This document shows, piece after piece, positions 9,981 through 20,499 of a DNA stretch of 26,565 nucleotides (positions within the stretch are counted from its first letter, which is position 1; each line of letters begins with the position of its first letter). The notes below the pieces were generated by a model. That model did not search any database, was not told the DNA's origin, and worked only from the letters and a program-made list of their open reading frames with translations. The DNA comes from Thermostichus sp. DRC_bins_24 (GTDB lineage: Bacteria; Cyanobacteriota; Cyanobacteriia; Thermostichales; Thermostichaceae), in NCBI GenBank assembly GCA_039794845.1, contig JAUQVK010000040.1, forward strand, positions 1 to 26,565. The letters run 5' to 3'. The translations under genes were made by a program, and so were the position numbers.

Positions 9981-10156
9981 TACAGCCCTTGCGTGGGTTT
10001 TCTACAACAGGGATTGTGACTTCGCTCCGCGAGGTGCGGAGCACTGGCCTTCTAGAGAGTGGATCTCAACTTCCACAGTTGTTACACGTGACTGGCGGTG
10101 CCCTATGGGCCGCCATGGGCGAACGCGCCAGCGTGCCCTAGGCGTAAAGGGCTGTA
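9981..10156. mobile_element. MITE-like/REP-like element (176 bp)
   Basis: Terminal inverted repeat TACAGCCCTT (9981-9990) / AAGGGCTGTA (10147-10156) with TA at both ends; internal GC-rich hairpins; intergenic between convergent genes. Confidence 0.55.
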
Positions 10157-10189
10157 TTCTCTTTATTCAGTGTTCAGTAGTAGGTAGCC

Positions 10190-10600
10190 CTAACCCTGCT
10201 CAATGGGCGGGATCCGGGCGATCACGCCTTTTTTAAGGGGGCGTTCGGCCCAGGGCAGGATCCCATCGGGTTTGGTGAGATACAGCTCTGCGGTTTTGAG
10301 GATTGAATTCACATCTTTTTCGGGATCCAAATCTCCAAAAACATAGGTGGTCTTCGTAGGGGCAGCCAGCCCAATCACACAGGCATGGCTACATCCGCTC
10401 ATGCAGGCCACGGGTTTGAGTTTGAGTTGCGGATCCAGGGTCTGCGATTGCAATTTCTCGAGAAGGATCTCTCCTTGACTGATCCCCTCTTTTTTGCCAT
10501 TCACCCACCGGGATCCACAGGTGGTGCAGACCCAAAGGTAATGGGGATAGCTGGGTTGAGATTGAACTTGGGGTTGGGGATCTTGAAGGGTTTGAGTCAT
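10190..10600 (-). CDS. DUF1636 family predicted metal-binding protein
   Basis: VCTTC...VACMSGCSHACVI...KTTYVFGDL...DGILPWAERP...IARIPP; likely ATG at 10600. Confidence 0.9.
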   Translation of the reverse strand: MTQTLQDPQPQVQSQPSYPHYLWVCTTCGSRWVNGKKEGISQGEILLEKLQSQTLDPQLKLKPVACMSGCSHACVIGLAAPTKTTYVFGDLDPEKDVNSILKTAELYLTKPDGILPWAERPLKKGVIARIPPIEQG

Positions 10601-10683
10601 GGTGGGTTTGGGTTGTGATTTGGGTTGTAAAGGATGAAAAGAGGCTGGGATCCGGCCCAGGCGTTGGTAGTGAAAATGCAGCA

Positions 10684-12648
10684 CTAAAACTGCCCCCGCA
10701 GATTAACTTTCAGGGTGCGGCCAATGCCGGGATAGCCCGGAAACACTTCGTACTGTTGATCCAAGAGGTTGTCTACACCCACTTCTAGGGCCAAAGCCTC
10801 TGAAATCGGGATCCCGCCTTTGAGGGCAAGGGTGGTGTAGCCCGGCAAGGATTCAGTGTTGCTGTTGTTGGTAAAAAAGCCGCCAATTTGATGCATTAGC
10901 AGAGATCCATAGCTGCCATCTAACGAGCGATAAGTCAGCCCCAAATTAAAGCTATCGGCCCCCACAAAGGCCAGTTGATTGCCAATGGTGGTGGCATCCA
11001 CAGCTTCGCGGATTCGGGGGTCGTTGAGGGTGTAGTTAACAAAAGCTGTCCAGTTGGGGCTGAAGCGCAAATCTAGGGCTGCTTCTAGGCCGGTGTATTC
11101 CACCAAGCCGATGTTTTCGTAAGTGCCCGAGGTTGGGCCTGTGCTAACAAAGGTAATGCCATCTCGGATGCGATTGTGGGCAAAGGTGAGGCGCAAAAGA
11201 CCGATATCCCCCAAGGTTTGATCCAATCCAATATCGAAGCTTTCTCCCCGTTCTGGACGCAAATTGGGGTTGCCATCCACCTCAAAAAAGCCCCGCAATT
11301 GAAAAAACAATTCTGAGATCAAAGGGGTACGAAAGCTGCTGGCGTAATTGGCCCGTAGGGTGGTGCCCTCCCCTACTGTCCAGCGGATCCCGATGGCCGG
11401 AGAGGTGGCGGAGCCATTCACCAGGCTATTAAAATCCTGACGGATCCCCAAGTTGAGATTGAGATCAGGTGCTGGATCATAATCCAAACGGGCAAATAAA
11501 GCCCCCTGATTAACCCTGTCATCGTAGTTGATATTGGTGGATCCCTCAGCAAATGAAAACGTGGTGTTGCGTCCTGAAATAGAACGGTAATCGGCTCCCG
11601 CCATCAGGCTGAGCGTATCACCTATTTGTCGGTCATATTGCAGCTGGGATCCCCAGCCAGTTCTGAAAATAGTATCGCGGGATCCCTGGGTTTCAGGAGC
11701 ACTGAAGCGATAGTTGAGGTCATCCAAAAACACCCTGGCGCGCAGGGATCCCTCTTCTTGGGCCCAAAGCCAGTCGAGATCCAGTAATAGATCATTGGTG
11801 TTTTGAATGGCATCAGGAGAAGGAAAATTCGTGCTTCCTGGTACTTGAAACGCCTTTGTCAGGTACAACGCATTTAGATTGAGGGTGTGCTCCTCACTCA
11901 CTTGCCAGGTGAGCTTGGCCTGGAGGTTGTTGTACTCCACCGCCGAGTTTTCTCGGATCCCCGATTGCTCCAGACGGGCAATTTCAAAGGGAAAATCATT
12001 GGCACTTTCCAATCGGCGATAGCTGATCACCCAGCCCAGATCCTCCGCTTGGCCACGGGATTGGATCCCTTGTTCATTTAGACCATAGCTGCCGATGGCG
12101 GCCTCAAGTAGGGTTTCTGGCTCGGAGGTAGGTGCTACTGTCACGATGTTGATCACCCCGCCAATGGCATCGGATCCGTAGAGGGTGGATCCCCCCCCTG
12201 GCGCAACCTCGATTTGCTCGATCACATCGCTGGTGATCTGCGATAGATCAAACCCCCCAAAAAAGCCCAAATCGTTAATGGGCCGACCATCCAGCAACAC
12301 CAACACCTGAGCCGTGCGTCCCCCGCGCATGAATTGCGAACTGAGCGCCCCCAACTGGGTGCCGGCGGTGCCATCGCTGAGGATCCCCGGCAAATATCGC
12401 AGGGCCTCTTGAGCGGTTCTGGCCCCCTGCTCCCGAATCTGCTGGCGGGTGATCACATACACCGGACGGGAGGAATCCCGCAGTAACCCCGGACGACGAA
12501 AGGGGCTGGTCACCGGCTGATTGAGGATCTCGGCACTGATGCCCGTATCCAAAACCTCTGCCGACAGTGAATCCGGCACTTGCCCCCAGGCCGGGATCCC
12601 AATGCCCAAAATCCCCAGCCCAACGCTGAGGAAGACAAATCTATTCAC
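10684..12648 (-). CDS. btuB: TonB-dependent receptor, probable cobalamin receptor
   Basis: Plug motifs VLVLLDGRPIND and STLYGSDAIGGVINIVT; NPNLRPE; C-terminal Phe; cobalamin riboswitch upstream. Confidence 0.9.
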   Translation of the reverse strand: MNRFVFLSVGLGILGIGIPAWGQVPDSLSAEVLDTGISAEILNQPVTSPFRRPGLLRDSSRPVYVITRQQIREQGARTAQEALRYLPGILSDGTAGTQLGALSSQFMRGGRTAQVLVLLDGRPINDLGFFGGFDLSQITSDVIEQIEVAPGGGSTLYGSDAIGGVINIVTVAPTSEPETLLEAAIGSYGLNEQGIQSRGQAEDLGWVISYRRLESANDFPFEIARLEQSGIRENSAVEYNNLQAKLTWQVSEEHTLNLNALYLTKAFQVPGSTNFPSPDAIQNTNDLLLDLDWLWAQEEGSLRARVFLDDLNYRFSAPETQGSRDTIFRTGWGSQLQYDRQIGDTLSLMAGADYRSISGRNTTFSFAEGSTNINYDDRVNQGALFARLDYDPAPDLNLNLGIRQDFNSLVNGSATSPAIGIRWTVGEGTTLRANYASSFRTPLISELFFQLRGFFEVDGNPNLRPERGESFDIGLDQTLGDIGLLRLTFAHNRIRDGITFVSTGPTSGTYENIGLVEYTGLEAALDLRFSPNWTAFVNYTLNDPRIREAVDATTIGNQLAFVGADSFNLGLTYRSLDGSYGSLLMHQIGGFFTNNSNTESLPGYTTLALKGGIPISEALALEVGVDNLLDQQYEVFPGYPGIGRTLKVNLRGQF

Positions 12649-12697
12649 AGTCAGAGCTCCTTTTTCCGTGCAACGCGGAACATCAAGGACATAAGAC

Positions 12698-12830
12698 CGT
12701 AGGCGGGCATCCTGACTGAGAGATAGGCCAAAGCCTTAGCTCATCACAGTTGCGGCACAGCGCCGGATTTGCACCGGACTTTCCCCCTTACTCACCGTGG
12801 CTGATCCCCACCGTGACCTAGCGGTAGGTC
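12698..12830 (-). ncRNA. Cobalamin (B12) riboswitch
   Basis: Minus strand reads TAGGT...TAAGGGGGAAAGTCCGGTGCAAATCCGGCGCTGTGCCGCAACTGTGA...AGTCAGGATGCCCGCC, the conserved core and B12 box. Confidence 0.93.
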
Positions 12831-12956
12831 TGCATCATACCTCCAAATGGCCGGGATCCCCATCCAGCCTGGGGGGATCCCTGTGAAAGTGCCTAAGCTC
12901 TTTTCGGGGTACGGGCACCACCGACCACCGTTGTGTGGAATCAGAAGCAGCGGGCT

Positions 12957-13559
12957 TTACAGCCGCAGCGGACTATCCAACGTCAGGTTGATGGCCTGAT
13001 TGGGGCGCAGCACCACCACTTGAGGCGCGGTAACATTGCCTATCGCCACCCCGGCACCGGCTCCACCGATCACCCCAAGGGCAGAAACTCCCCCCGTGAG
13101 CAAGCCCAGTAGGGTACCGCCCACAGCGCCAATGGCCGCATCCTCAGCAATCGCTTCAGCAGAATAGTGGCGCGGATCCTTTTCGTCATGGATCAAGTCG
13201 GAAGACATCTGCACCGAGTAAAGGCGCCCGTTGGCAATCAAGGCTGTGCCGAAGAATCGTGCGCCCCCTTGGGCCGGCTGCATTCGCCCCCGCACCTCAC
13301 TGCCCGCCGGGATCACCAGTTGGCCGCTGCCATCGTAGATGTCCTGAGCTACCCGCAGGGTCACCGGATGGGTGCTATCGGGGCTGAAGTACTGGGGTTC
13401 CTCTCCCTCAAGGCTTTGGACTGGGATGATCGTGCCCGGTTGAAGCTGCTGTACTCCCAGATCGAACAGTTGCTGAGCCGAAGCCGGGGGCAGCGTGAGC
13501 AGACCCAAACTGGGGGTTGCCAAGCCGATCATCGCTGCGGAAAGAACACGCACATTCAT
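12957..13559 (-). CDS. Conserved cyanobacterial exported protein with glycine-zipper C-terminus
   Basis: Signal peptide ending ASA; GQLVIPAGSEVRG; AAIGAVGG...GGAGAG. Confidence 0.8.
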   Translation of the reverse strand: MNVRVLSAAMIGLATPSLGLLTLPPASAQQLFDLGVQQLQPGTIIPVQSLEGEEPQYFSPDSTHPVTLRVAQDIYDGSGQLVIPAGSEVRGRMQPAQGGARFFGTALIANGRLYSVQMSSDLIHDEKDPRHYSAEAIAEDAAIGAVGGTLLGLLTGGVSALGVIGGAGAGVAIGNVTAPQVVVLRPNQAINLTLDSPLRL

Positions 13560-13614
13560 AACCTATCCTCCAAAATGCAAACAAAAGGCAAAATCCTGCG
13601 GGCTGATTTGAGGC

Positions 13615-13860
13615 TCAGGCCCGACGAATAAAGCTGATCAGGGCCAACAAAACCAAGGCCCCAACCGTGGCCATCAACAAACTTCCCAATAGGCCCGTAG
13701 CCGAGAGACCGAGCAAATCGAAGAGGAATCCTCCGAAGAAGGCCCCAGAAATGCCGACCAAGATATTCCCAATCAGGCCAAAGCCGTAGCCGCGCCGAAT
13801 GTTTCCAGCCAGCCAGCCGGCGATTGCCCCAATCAACAAAAACCACAGTGTGCCGTTCAT
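13615..13860 (-). CDS. GlsB/YeaQ/YmgE (transglycosylase-associated) stress membrane protein
   Basis: LIGAIAGWLA...GFGLIGNILVGISGAFFGG...ATVGALVLL. Confidence 0.92.
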   Translation of the reverse strand: MNGTLWFLLIGAIAGWLAGNIRRGYGFGLIGNILVGISGAFFGGFLFDLLGLSATGLLGSLLMATVGALVLLALISFIRRA

Positions 13861-13917
13861 CTTTCCTGCTCCTTGTTGTTGTTAAGTGATGACCTTTCTG
13901 GAACCCACCCTTCGACT

Positions 13918-14196
13918 TCACTGGAACTTGGCAAAGGCATTATCCAGGGCGCTTTGCAGCTCACCCCAAGCGGATTCCAAGCCAGATTTCAGTTCTTCCC
14001 AAGCTTCGCCACTGCTGTTTTGGAGAGACCGTAGTTTTTCTTCAAAAGCTTCACGTTTGAGCTTCAGAGCCTCAAGACGCTTATCTTTGGCCTCATTCTC
14101 AGCTCGTTTTGCAGAGGCTTCTAACTTCTCAATCTGCACGATGATCTCATCCAATCGAGAGCGCATTTTGTTTTGATAGGTTAGCCGCTCTTGCAT
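13918..14196 (-). CDS. Small coiled-coil stress-type protein (sll1863-like)
   Basis: YQNKMRSRLDE...SSGEAWEELKSGLESAWGELQSAL; GGAGG RBS. Confidence 0.8.
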   Translation of the reverse strand: MQERLTYQNKMRSRLDEIIVQIEKLEASAKRAENEAKDKRLEALKLKREAFEEKLRSLQNSSGEAWEELKSGLESAWGELQSALDNAFAKFQ

Positions 14197-14522
14197 CCTG
14201 TTTCCTCCGGTACAAGTCAGTCACCTTTGCCCATGGCAATCGGTCACTTCTCTTTTGTAAACAGGTTAAAAAAAGAAGGTGAAAATCTTGTGAATGACTA
14301 AGGATTCCTGATAACAGGCAGCTGTACAGCCCAAAAAAAGGGACTGGCAGTGTGAGGTCTACCAGCCCGCGTGGGTTCCCTGTGAGTGAGCTGATACCGT
14401 CGTTGCCAACGTCTTCAACCCAATTCCAGTTTCCGCAGCTCCCCTCTCCTGCGAAGTGACCCGGATCACTCGGCGATAGAAGGTGGAATTGGAATGGTCA
14501 AGAGCGCCCTGTAGGGATCCCT

Positions 14523-15833
14523 TCACAGCAACCGCAACTGTTGCCCTTCTGGTTGAGTATTGTCTTCCAAGCCCTCCAAGCTGGGATCCCAGTCCCATTC
14601 CTGTAAGGGATCCGCCGATTCTTCCAACAACTGACGGGCGGCTGCCAGCAAATCACTGCGCAGCGGGGCCAAATCGCTACGGCTGGCCAAGTACTGCTCC
14701 AGAGTGGTCAGGGGTTCCAGCTGGTTCGGATCCAATCCCGGCAGACGAGTACGGTGGGGGCTGATCACCTCGGGGGCAATCGTATAGCTGAAGGCGGGAG
14801 CAAGGGCATTGTGCAGGGCGCGCTCGTCGATGAGCTCCAGTTGATCGGGGCGGAGGCGATAAATCAGCCGCAGAATCGAGCCTTGCACCGGAGCTTTGGC
14901 AATGGCCGCGAGTATTTTGGCTTGAATATCCCTATTCCCCGGGGGATCCGCGCTTAAATCCAGGCGAATGGTGTGAAAGGTGCGGGTGGGTAAGGGCAAA
15001 AACTCATAGCTAGCCCCGGCGGCGGTGACCTCCACCAATACACAGCCTTTTTCTTCCTTTTCCTCGCCGAAATCCACCCGATCAATGCTGCCCGGATAGA
15101 TCATCAAGGGATCCCGACACACCACCTGATGGCGATGGACATGCCCCAAGGCCACGTACTGAAAGGCGGGACGGGCCAGCAGCGAAAGGGGCACCGTAAC
15201 CCCTTTGCCCACGGAAAGATGCCGTTCGGCCCCATAACGGGCTGTTTCCACCATCACATGGGCCAGCAGAATTGCCGGGATCCCGGGCTGCAGGGTGCGG
15301 ATCTCCCCTTCTAAGGCCAGGTGCAGGCGCTGCAGCAGTTGATGGGCGAGGAGCTCGGCATTAAGCCCCAGGCTCTCCTGTCGGGTGAGCAGGGTGGAAC
15401 GGTTCAGCCAAGGCAGTGTGGTTACCTGTACAGGGCCGCTGCCTGTTCTGATCAGGTGGGTTTGCAGCCGATCCCCCACGATGAAGCCCGAGACCCCCAG
15501 AGCGCGGTAGATGGCCAGACTGGTGCCCTCTTGGCCCTGGCCGTACTGGTCGTGGTTGCCCACCAAAAGCACGGTTGGGATCCCGGCATCCGCCAAACGG
15601 CGAAACTGCTGGGCGAAGAGTTCTTGATGAAGGGGGGGCGGCGTAGCATCCGGGAAGGCATCTCCCCCAAACAGCACCAGATCCACCGCCCGTTCCAGGG
15701 CATGATCGATACAGAGGCGTAAGGATGTGACGAAGTCTTCTAGGCGGGTATTCAGTCCGGTGGCCGGGTTAATGTAGCCGTGAGCTTGGCCACTGCCCAA
15801 ATGAATATCGGAAAGGTGCAGCAGCTTAACCAT
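14523..15833 (-). CDS. sbcD: Exonuclease SbcCD subunit D (Mre11-like)
   Basis: HLSDIHLG, GGDAF, VGNHD, LLAH, ALGHVH, YPGSIDRVDFGE. Confidence 0.95.
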   Translation of the reverse strand: MVKLLHLSDIHLGSGQAHGYINPATGLNTRLEDFVTSLRLCIDHALERAVDLVLFGGDAFPDATPPPLHQELFAQQFRRLADAGIPTVLLVGNHDQYGQGQEGTSLAIYRALGVSGFIVGDRLQTHLIRTGSGPVQVTTLPWLNRSTLLTRQESLGLNAELLAHQLLQRLHLALEGEIRTLQPGIPAILLAHVMVETARYGAERHLSVGKGVTVPLSLLARPAFQYVALGHVHRHQVVCRDPLMIYPGSIDRVDFGEEKEEKGCVLVEVTAAGASYEFLPLPTRTFHTIRLDLSADPPGNRDIQAKILAAIAKAPVQGSILRLIYRLRPDQLELIDERALHNALAPAFSYTIAPEVISPHRTRLPGLDPNQLEPLTTLEQYLASRSDLAPLRSDLLAAARQLLEESADPLQEWDWDPSLEGLEDNTQPEGQQLRLL

Positions 15834-15867
15834 AGGAGCAGGTGGGGTTCACCCTCATCATAGGCAA

Positions 15868-16620
15868 GTAACGTCTTCCCGACGCTGACGGCTTACGCAG
15901 CACGGCGCGGGCTTTCCAAAAGCCCTTCAGTCGCCCTCCGGCTATCTCCTTCAACCCACAGGATAACCAGGAGAGGAGCCTCCAGGCCGTATTACCGACA
16001 GCCCAATCGATGGAAGGTTCTTGGCCCCGTTAAAAGCCCCATCCCCCTGCCAACCCCAATGCCCACACCCAAACCGCTTACCCCTCCGATAGGACTTATC
16101 GACATCCGGGTGAATACGCAGACATCGGTGGCACGTTTGACCGGCGTAGGCCGGATTGACCGCAACAACCTTCACACCCGCCCTCAAAGCCTTGTACTCA
16201 ATGAACCCCCTCAACCGGTGGAACCCCCAACTGTTACTGCGCCTGCGCTCGTTTGGTTGCGAGGCTGTTGGTTGGTTCTTTCCCGAAGCCCCGTTAAATC
16301 TTCCAGAGCAATGCCGGCAGACGGAGACTTAGCAGTTTCAACAATGCGTCTCGAAACAGTGTCATTCACCCCACTTTGGAATCGGCGCTCACGGCCGGAT
16401 AACCGTTGCAGCAATCCACCCACTCGGCGGCGTGTACTGCGTGTGCCCTTACTGGCTTTGTGCTGGAGCTTGGCTCTTAAGTTGGCCAAGTGGTCACGCA
16501 CCTGGGTTATGGCTTGCCCATTCCGGTGCCGTCCCTCCGAAGTGTGGGCAATATCGGTACGGCCCAAATCCACGCCCAAGACATCCCGACACCCCCTCGA
16601 AAGGGTAGGGTGCAGGGCTC
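15868..16620 (-). mobile_element. IS200/IS605-family remnant with the right end retained and the left part lost
   Basis: tnpB fragment followed on the minus strand by a GGGCTTTTGGAAAGCCC hairpin and ...AGCGTCGGGAAGACGTTAC, resembling an IS605 right end; left boundary approximate. Confidence 0.75.
15951..16600 (-). pseudogene. tnpB: tnpB pseudogene (RNA-guided nuclease), 5'-truncated and frameshifted
   Basis: RuvC-I GVDLG and RuvC-II IALEDL in one frame; frameshift near 16250; then IEYKA..AGVKVVAVNPAY..CHRC. The second Zn pair reads CGHW and RuvC-III reads DGAFNGA. Confidence 0.9.
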
Positions 16621-16727
16621 CTGCTGCCCCACCCGGGCAGGTACGGATCCTGGGCGGTAAACCGTCCTGATCAAAGCATCTGTTGGACAGCTTACACTGA
16701 AAGAACTGACTCATCGCTTGGACTGGC

Positions 16728-17330
16728 ATGATTCCCACCGTTATCGAGCAATCTGCGCGGGGCGAACGCGCCTTCGACATCTACTCGCGCCTGCTGCGGG
16801 ATCGGATCATCTTCTTAGGCACTCAGGTGGACGACGATATTGCCAACCTGATCGTGGCCCAGATGCTCTATTTGGAGTCCGAAGATCCCGAGAAAGATAT
16901 CTACCTCTACATCAACTCCCCTGGTGGCTCCGTCTACGCCGGTATGGCCATTTACGACACCATGCAGCACATTCAACCGGATGTATCCACCATCTGCATT
17001 GGGTTGGCAGCCAGTATGGGAGCTTTTCTGCTGGCGGGCGGCACCAAGGGTAAGCGCATTGCCCTCCCCCACGCCCGCATCATGATCCACCAACCCCTAG
17101 GCGGGGCACAGGGGCCAGCCACCGACATCGAAATTCAGGCCAAAGAAATCCTCTACATCAAACAAAGCCTGAACAGCCTGCTGGCTCACCACACCGGCCA
17201 GCCCTTGGAGCGCATCGAACGGGATACCGACCGCGACAACTTCATGACCCCAGAACAAGCCAAAGAGTACGGCCTCATCGATCAAGTGATCAGCAAGCGA
17301 CCCCAACCGACCTTGGCAGCGGTTTCCTAA
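16728..17330 (+). CDS. clpP: ATP-dependent Clp protease proteolytic subunit
   Basis: [44 protein letters not shown]. Confidence 0.98.
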   Translation: MIPTVIEQSARGERAFDIYSRLLRDRIIFLGTQVDDDIANLIVAQMLYLESEDPEKDIYLYINSPGGSVYAGMAIYDTMQHIQPDVSTICIGLAASMGAFLLAGGTKGKRIALPHARIMIHQPLGGAQGPATDIEIQAKEILYIKQSLNSLLAHHTGQPLERIERDTDRDNFMTPEQAKEYGLIDQVISKRPQPTLAAVS

Positions 17331-17371
17331 ACATCTCCAGACCATCTGGCCTCGGAAGCCTAACCTGAGAT

Positions 17372-17394
17372 GCCCCCTACTCAAGGGGGTTTTT
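17372..17394 (+). terminator. Rho-independent terminator of clpP
   Basis: GCCCCCT-actca-AGGGGG followed by a T run. Confidence 0.7.
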
Positions 17395-17865
17395 GTTGGT
17401 CTTTTGGCTGTTTTGAGGAACCCTTCCAGAGGGATATTAAGAAAACCAAAGAAGTCTATATTCTCAAGGAAAAAGGATGTGGCTTACTTTAACTAAACTA
17501 ATCGAACTCATAAAGAAAGTAATAATCGGCCCATCATTGCGAGTGATAACTTAGGATTAAACCTGATGTAAACCTGTGCTTGCCAGGGCTCCTAGCTTAG
17601 ACATTGCCGAGAAATCTTCCCTTTAGATTTCGAAAAGTCAGTGTGTCAAAGCTAGCGATTGAAAAGAGGGTTTTAGGACTGTGTCATCACTGGGGTGAAG
17701 ACCGTCTTGAAATCTAGAGATGGCCTTGCGGTTGTGGGGCAGGTTTGTTCGCGGAAGTCCGACGGTCTGGGGTTTTGGCCCTAGATTTGCGCGCCTTTTC
17801 GTCGCATCCGTGAGGGGTCTTTTCTTCGATTTTGTGATTTGTGATTCGTTCAGAGGGAGATCGAC

Positions 17866-19290
17866 GTGGCCTATTCAGCAACCCAATCCAAAAGCGGTTA
17901 CCAAGCCGGGGTGAAGGATTACAAACTCACCTACTACACTCCCGATTACACGCCTAAGGATACCGATATCCTGGCCTGTTTTCGGGTTACTCCTCAGCCT
18001 GGCGTTCCCCCTGAAGAAGCGGGGGCAGCGGTGGCGGCTGAGTCTTCGACTGGCACCTGGACGACGGTGTGGACGGACTTGCTCACCGACCTGGATCGGT
18101 ACAAAGGCCGTTGCTACGACATTGAGCCAGTTCCAGGTGAAGACAACCAGTACTTTTGCTTTGTGGCCTATCCCTTAGATCTGTTTGAGGAAGGCTCTGT
18201 TACCAACATGCTCACCTCGATTGTGGGCAACGTCTTCGGGTTCAAGGCCCTGATGGCTTTGCGCCTAGAAGATTTGCGGATCCCGGTCGCCTACCTGAAA
18301 ACCTTCCAAGGCCCTCCCCACGGTATTCAGGTGGAGCGGGACAAGTTGAACAAGTACGGCCGTCCGCTGCTGGGCTGCACCATCAAACCGAAGCTGGGTC
18401 TGTCCGCCAAAAACTATGGTCGGGCGGTGTACGAGTGCCTGCGGGGCGGTCTGGACTTCACCAAGGACGACGAGAACATCAACTCGCAGCCCTTCCAGCG
18501 CTGGCGGGATCGCTATCTGTTCGTCATGGATGCCATCCACAAAGCCCAGGCGGAAACCGGGGAAATTAAGGGCCACTACCTGAATGTCACTGCCCCCACC
18601 TGTGAGGAGATGTTCAAGCGGGCCGAGTTTGCCAAAGAGCTGAAGGCCCCGATCATCATGCACGACTACCTAACGGCTGGCTTCACCGCCAACACCAGCT
18701 TGGCCAAGTGGTGCCGGGACAACGGCATTCTGTTGCACATTCACCGCGCCATGCACGCCGTTATCGACCGGCAGAAAAACCACGGGATTCACTTCCGCGT
18801 CTTGGCCAAGTGCCTACGGATGTCCGGAGGGGATCACCTGCACTCTGGTACGGTGGTGGGCAAATTAGAAGGCGACCGGGCCATCACTCTTGGCTTTGTG
18901 GATCAAATGCGGGAAAACTACGTAGAAGCGGATCGCTCCCGCGGTAACTTCTTTACCCAAGACTGGGCCTCTATGCCTGGCGTGATGCCGGTGGCCTCCG
19001 GGGGGATCCACGTCTGGCACATGCCTGCTCTGGTAGAAATCTTCGGGGATGATGCCTGCCTGCAGTTTGGGGGTGGCACCCTGGGGCACCCTTGGGGGAA
19101 TGCTCCGGGCGCAACCGCCAACCGGGTGGCCCTGGAAGCCTGCATCCAAGCCCGCAACGAAGGTCGCGATCTGGCCCGCGAAGGCAACGATGTCATTCGC
19201 GAAGCGGCCAAGTGGTCGCCGGAATTGGCGGCTGCCTGCGAACTGTGGAAGGAAATCAAGTTCGAGTTCAAGGCTGTCGATACCCTCTAA
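17866..19290 (+). CDS. rbcL: RuBisCO large subunit, form IB (GTG start)
   Basis: [10 protein letters not shown] catalytic motif; 474 aa. Confidence 0.99.
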   Translation: MAYSATQSKSGYQAGVKDYKLTYYTPDYTPKDTDILACFRVTPQPGVPPEEAGAAVAAESSTGTWTTVWTDLLTDLDRYKGRCYDIEPVPGEDNQYFCFVAYPLDLFEEGSVTNMLTSIVGNVFGFKALMALRLEDLRIPVAYLKTFQGPPHGIQVERDKLNKYGRPLLGCTIKPKLGLSAKNYGRAVYECLRGGLDFTKDDENINSQPFQRWRDRYLFVMDAIHKAQAETGEIKGHYLNVTAPTCEEMFKRAEFAKELKAPIIMHDYLTAGFTANTSLAKWCRDNGILLHIHRAMHAVIDRQKNHGIHFRVLAKCLRMSGGDHLHSGTVVGKLEGDRAITLGFVDQMRENYVEADRSRGNFFTQDWASMPGVMPVASGGIHVWHMPALVEIFGDDACLQFGGGTLGHPWGNAPGATANRVALEACIQARNEGRDLAREGNDVIREAAKWSPELAAACELWKEIKFEFKAVDTL

Positions 19291-19387
19291 AGCTAAAGAT
19301 CCGCCGTCAGGGACAGAGGATCCACAGGTTGCTTTTCACGGCCCACCCGACCTTTGTCCCCTTTCCGGCCCACTTCTTGGATCTGCA

Positions 19388-19795
19388 ATGGATCTGAAAC
19401 AGATCGCCAAAGACACCGCCAAAACCCTGATCAGTTACCTAACCTATCAGGCGATGCGGACGGTGCTGGCTCAGCTGGGCGAAACGGATCCCCCTAAAGC
19501 CTTTTGGCTACAGCAGTTCTCAGCTCGGCAAAACCTTCAGGATGGGGAAGCCTACCTGCGGGCCCTGCTGGCGGAACGCCCCGAGCTAGCCTATCGGATC
19601 ATGACCGTTCGAGAGCACATTGCCGCGGAAGTAGTTGATTATCTGCCGGAGATGGCCAAAACCGGCATTCAACAAGCCAACATGGAGCACCGCCGCGATC
19701 ACTTAGAACGGCTCACCTCAGCCACGGGATCCCTACCCGTCACCCACCCGGAAGCGGGATCCCCTGTCCAAGACCCTACACCTGAAACGGAGTAA
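19388..19795 (+). CDS. rbcX: RuBisCO assembly chaperone RbcX
   Basis: [22 protein letters not shown]; lies between rbcL and rbcS. Confidence 0.97.
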   Translation: MDLKQIAKDTAKTLISYLTYQAMRTVLAQLGETDPPKAFWLQQFSARQNLQDGEAYLRALLAERPELAYRIMTVREHIAAEVVDYLPEMAKTGIQQANMEHRRDHLERLTSATGSLPVTHPEAGSPVQDPTPETE

Positions 19796-19803
19796 CACCG
19801 ACC

Positions 19804-20136
19804 ATGCAAACGTTACCGAAAGAGCGTCGCTACGAGACCCTGTCCTATTTGCCTCCCCTCACCGACCTGCAAATCAGCAAGCAACTGCAGTACATCTTGG
19901 ATCAGGGCTATATTCCTGCTGTGGAATTCAACGAGTCTTCTGAGCCAACCGTGTATTACTGGACGATGTGGAAGCTGCCGCTGTTTAACGCCACCTCCAC
20001 CCAAGAGGTGCTGAGCGAAGTGCAATCCTGCCGCAGCACTTACCCCAACTGCTTCATCCGGGTGGTGGGGTTCGACAACATCAAGCAGTGCCAAATCCTC
20101 AGCTTCTTGGTGCATAAGCCCAGCGGTGTGCGCTAA
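19804..20136 (+). CDS. rbcS: RuBisCO small subunit
   Basis: [19 protein letters not shown]...[10 protein letters not shown]. Confidence 0.99.
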   Translation: MQTLPKERRYETLSYLPPLTDLQISKQLQYILDQGYIPAVEFNESSEPTVYYWTMWKLPLFNATSTQEVLSEVQSCRSTYPNCFIRVVGFDNIKQCQILSFLVHKPSGVR

Positions 20137-20163
20137 TCACTCAGTTTGTTCAGTCATCACCTT

Positions 20164-20240
20164 GTGAGCCCTGAGTAGGGTTCACCTACCCAAAACAGTA
20201 GGGAGGGGGCCAACACGACATCTCTCCCTGCTTTTTCTTT
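20164..20240 (+). terminator. Two stem-loops / terminator after rbcS
   Basis: GTGAGCCCT-gagt-AGGGTTCAC, then AGTAGGGAG...CTCCCTGCT followed by TTTTCTTT. Confidence 0.7.
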
Positions 20241-20499
20241 ACTTGTTCTCCCCTTGCTCCACTTTGGGGGGATGCGAATGCGGCTTCCACTGATAGTCCC
20301 CCTACGACAACCGAGGGATCCCCCATGGGGGACTAAAATCTAAAATTATGCCTCTGGTGGGCTATGCCAACGGACTAGATTGGGGGGCTAACCGGCTAGC
20401 GACATCCAGTCACAAGCCTGCAGCACAGTGGCTCAGGGAAAACCTCCAGTATCCTTACCCTGGGCGATACGCACGCTATGGTGGGGAATCCTAGAGCAA

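Noticed and set aside
9859..10236. 125-aa ORF
   Set aside because: Runs through the MITE-like hairpins and overlaps DUF1636 antisense; probably spurious
14523..15833. sbcD without adjacent sbcC
   Set aside because: Dispersed operons are ordinary in cyanobacteria
17400..17865. Possible ncRNA or regulator boxes in the long rbcL upstream region
   Set aside because: AT-rich promoter and long leader are expected; I could not identify a convincing motif
19049..19387. N-terminal extension of the RbcX ORF
   Set aside because: Overlaps rbcL; the conserved RbcX start is MDLKQ at 19388
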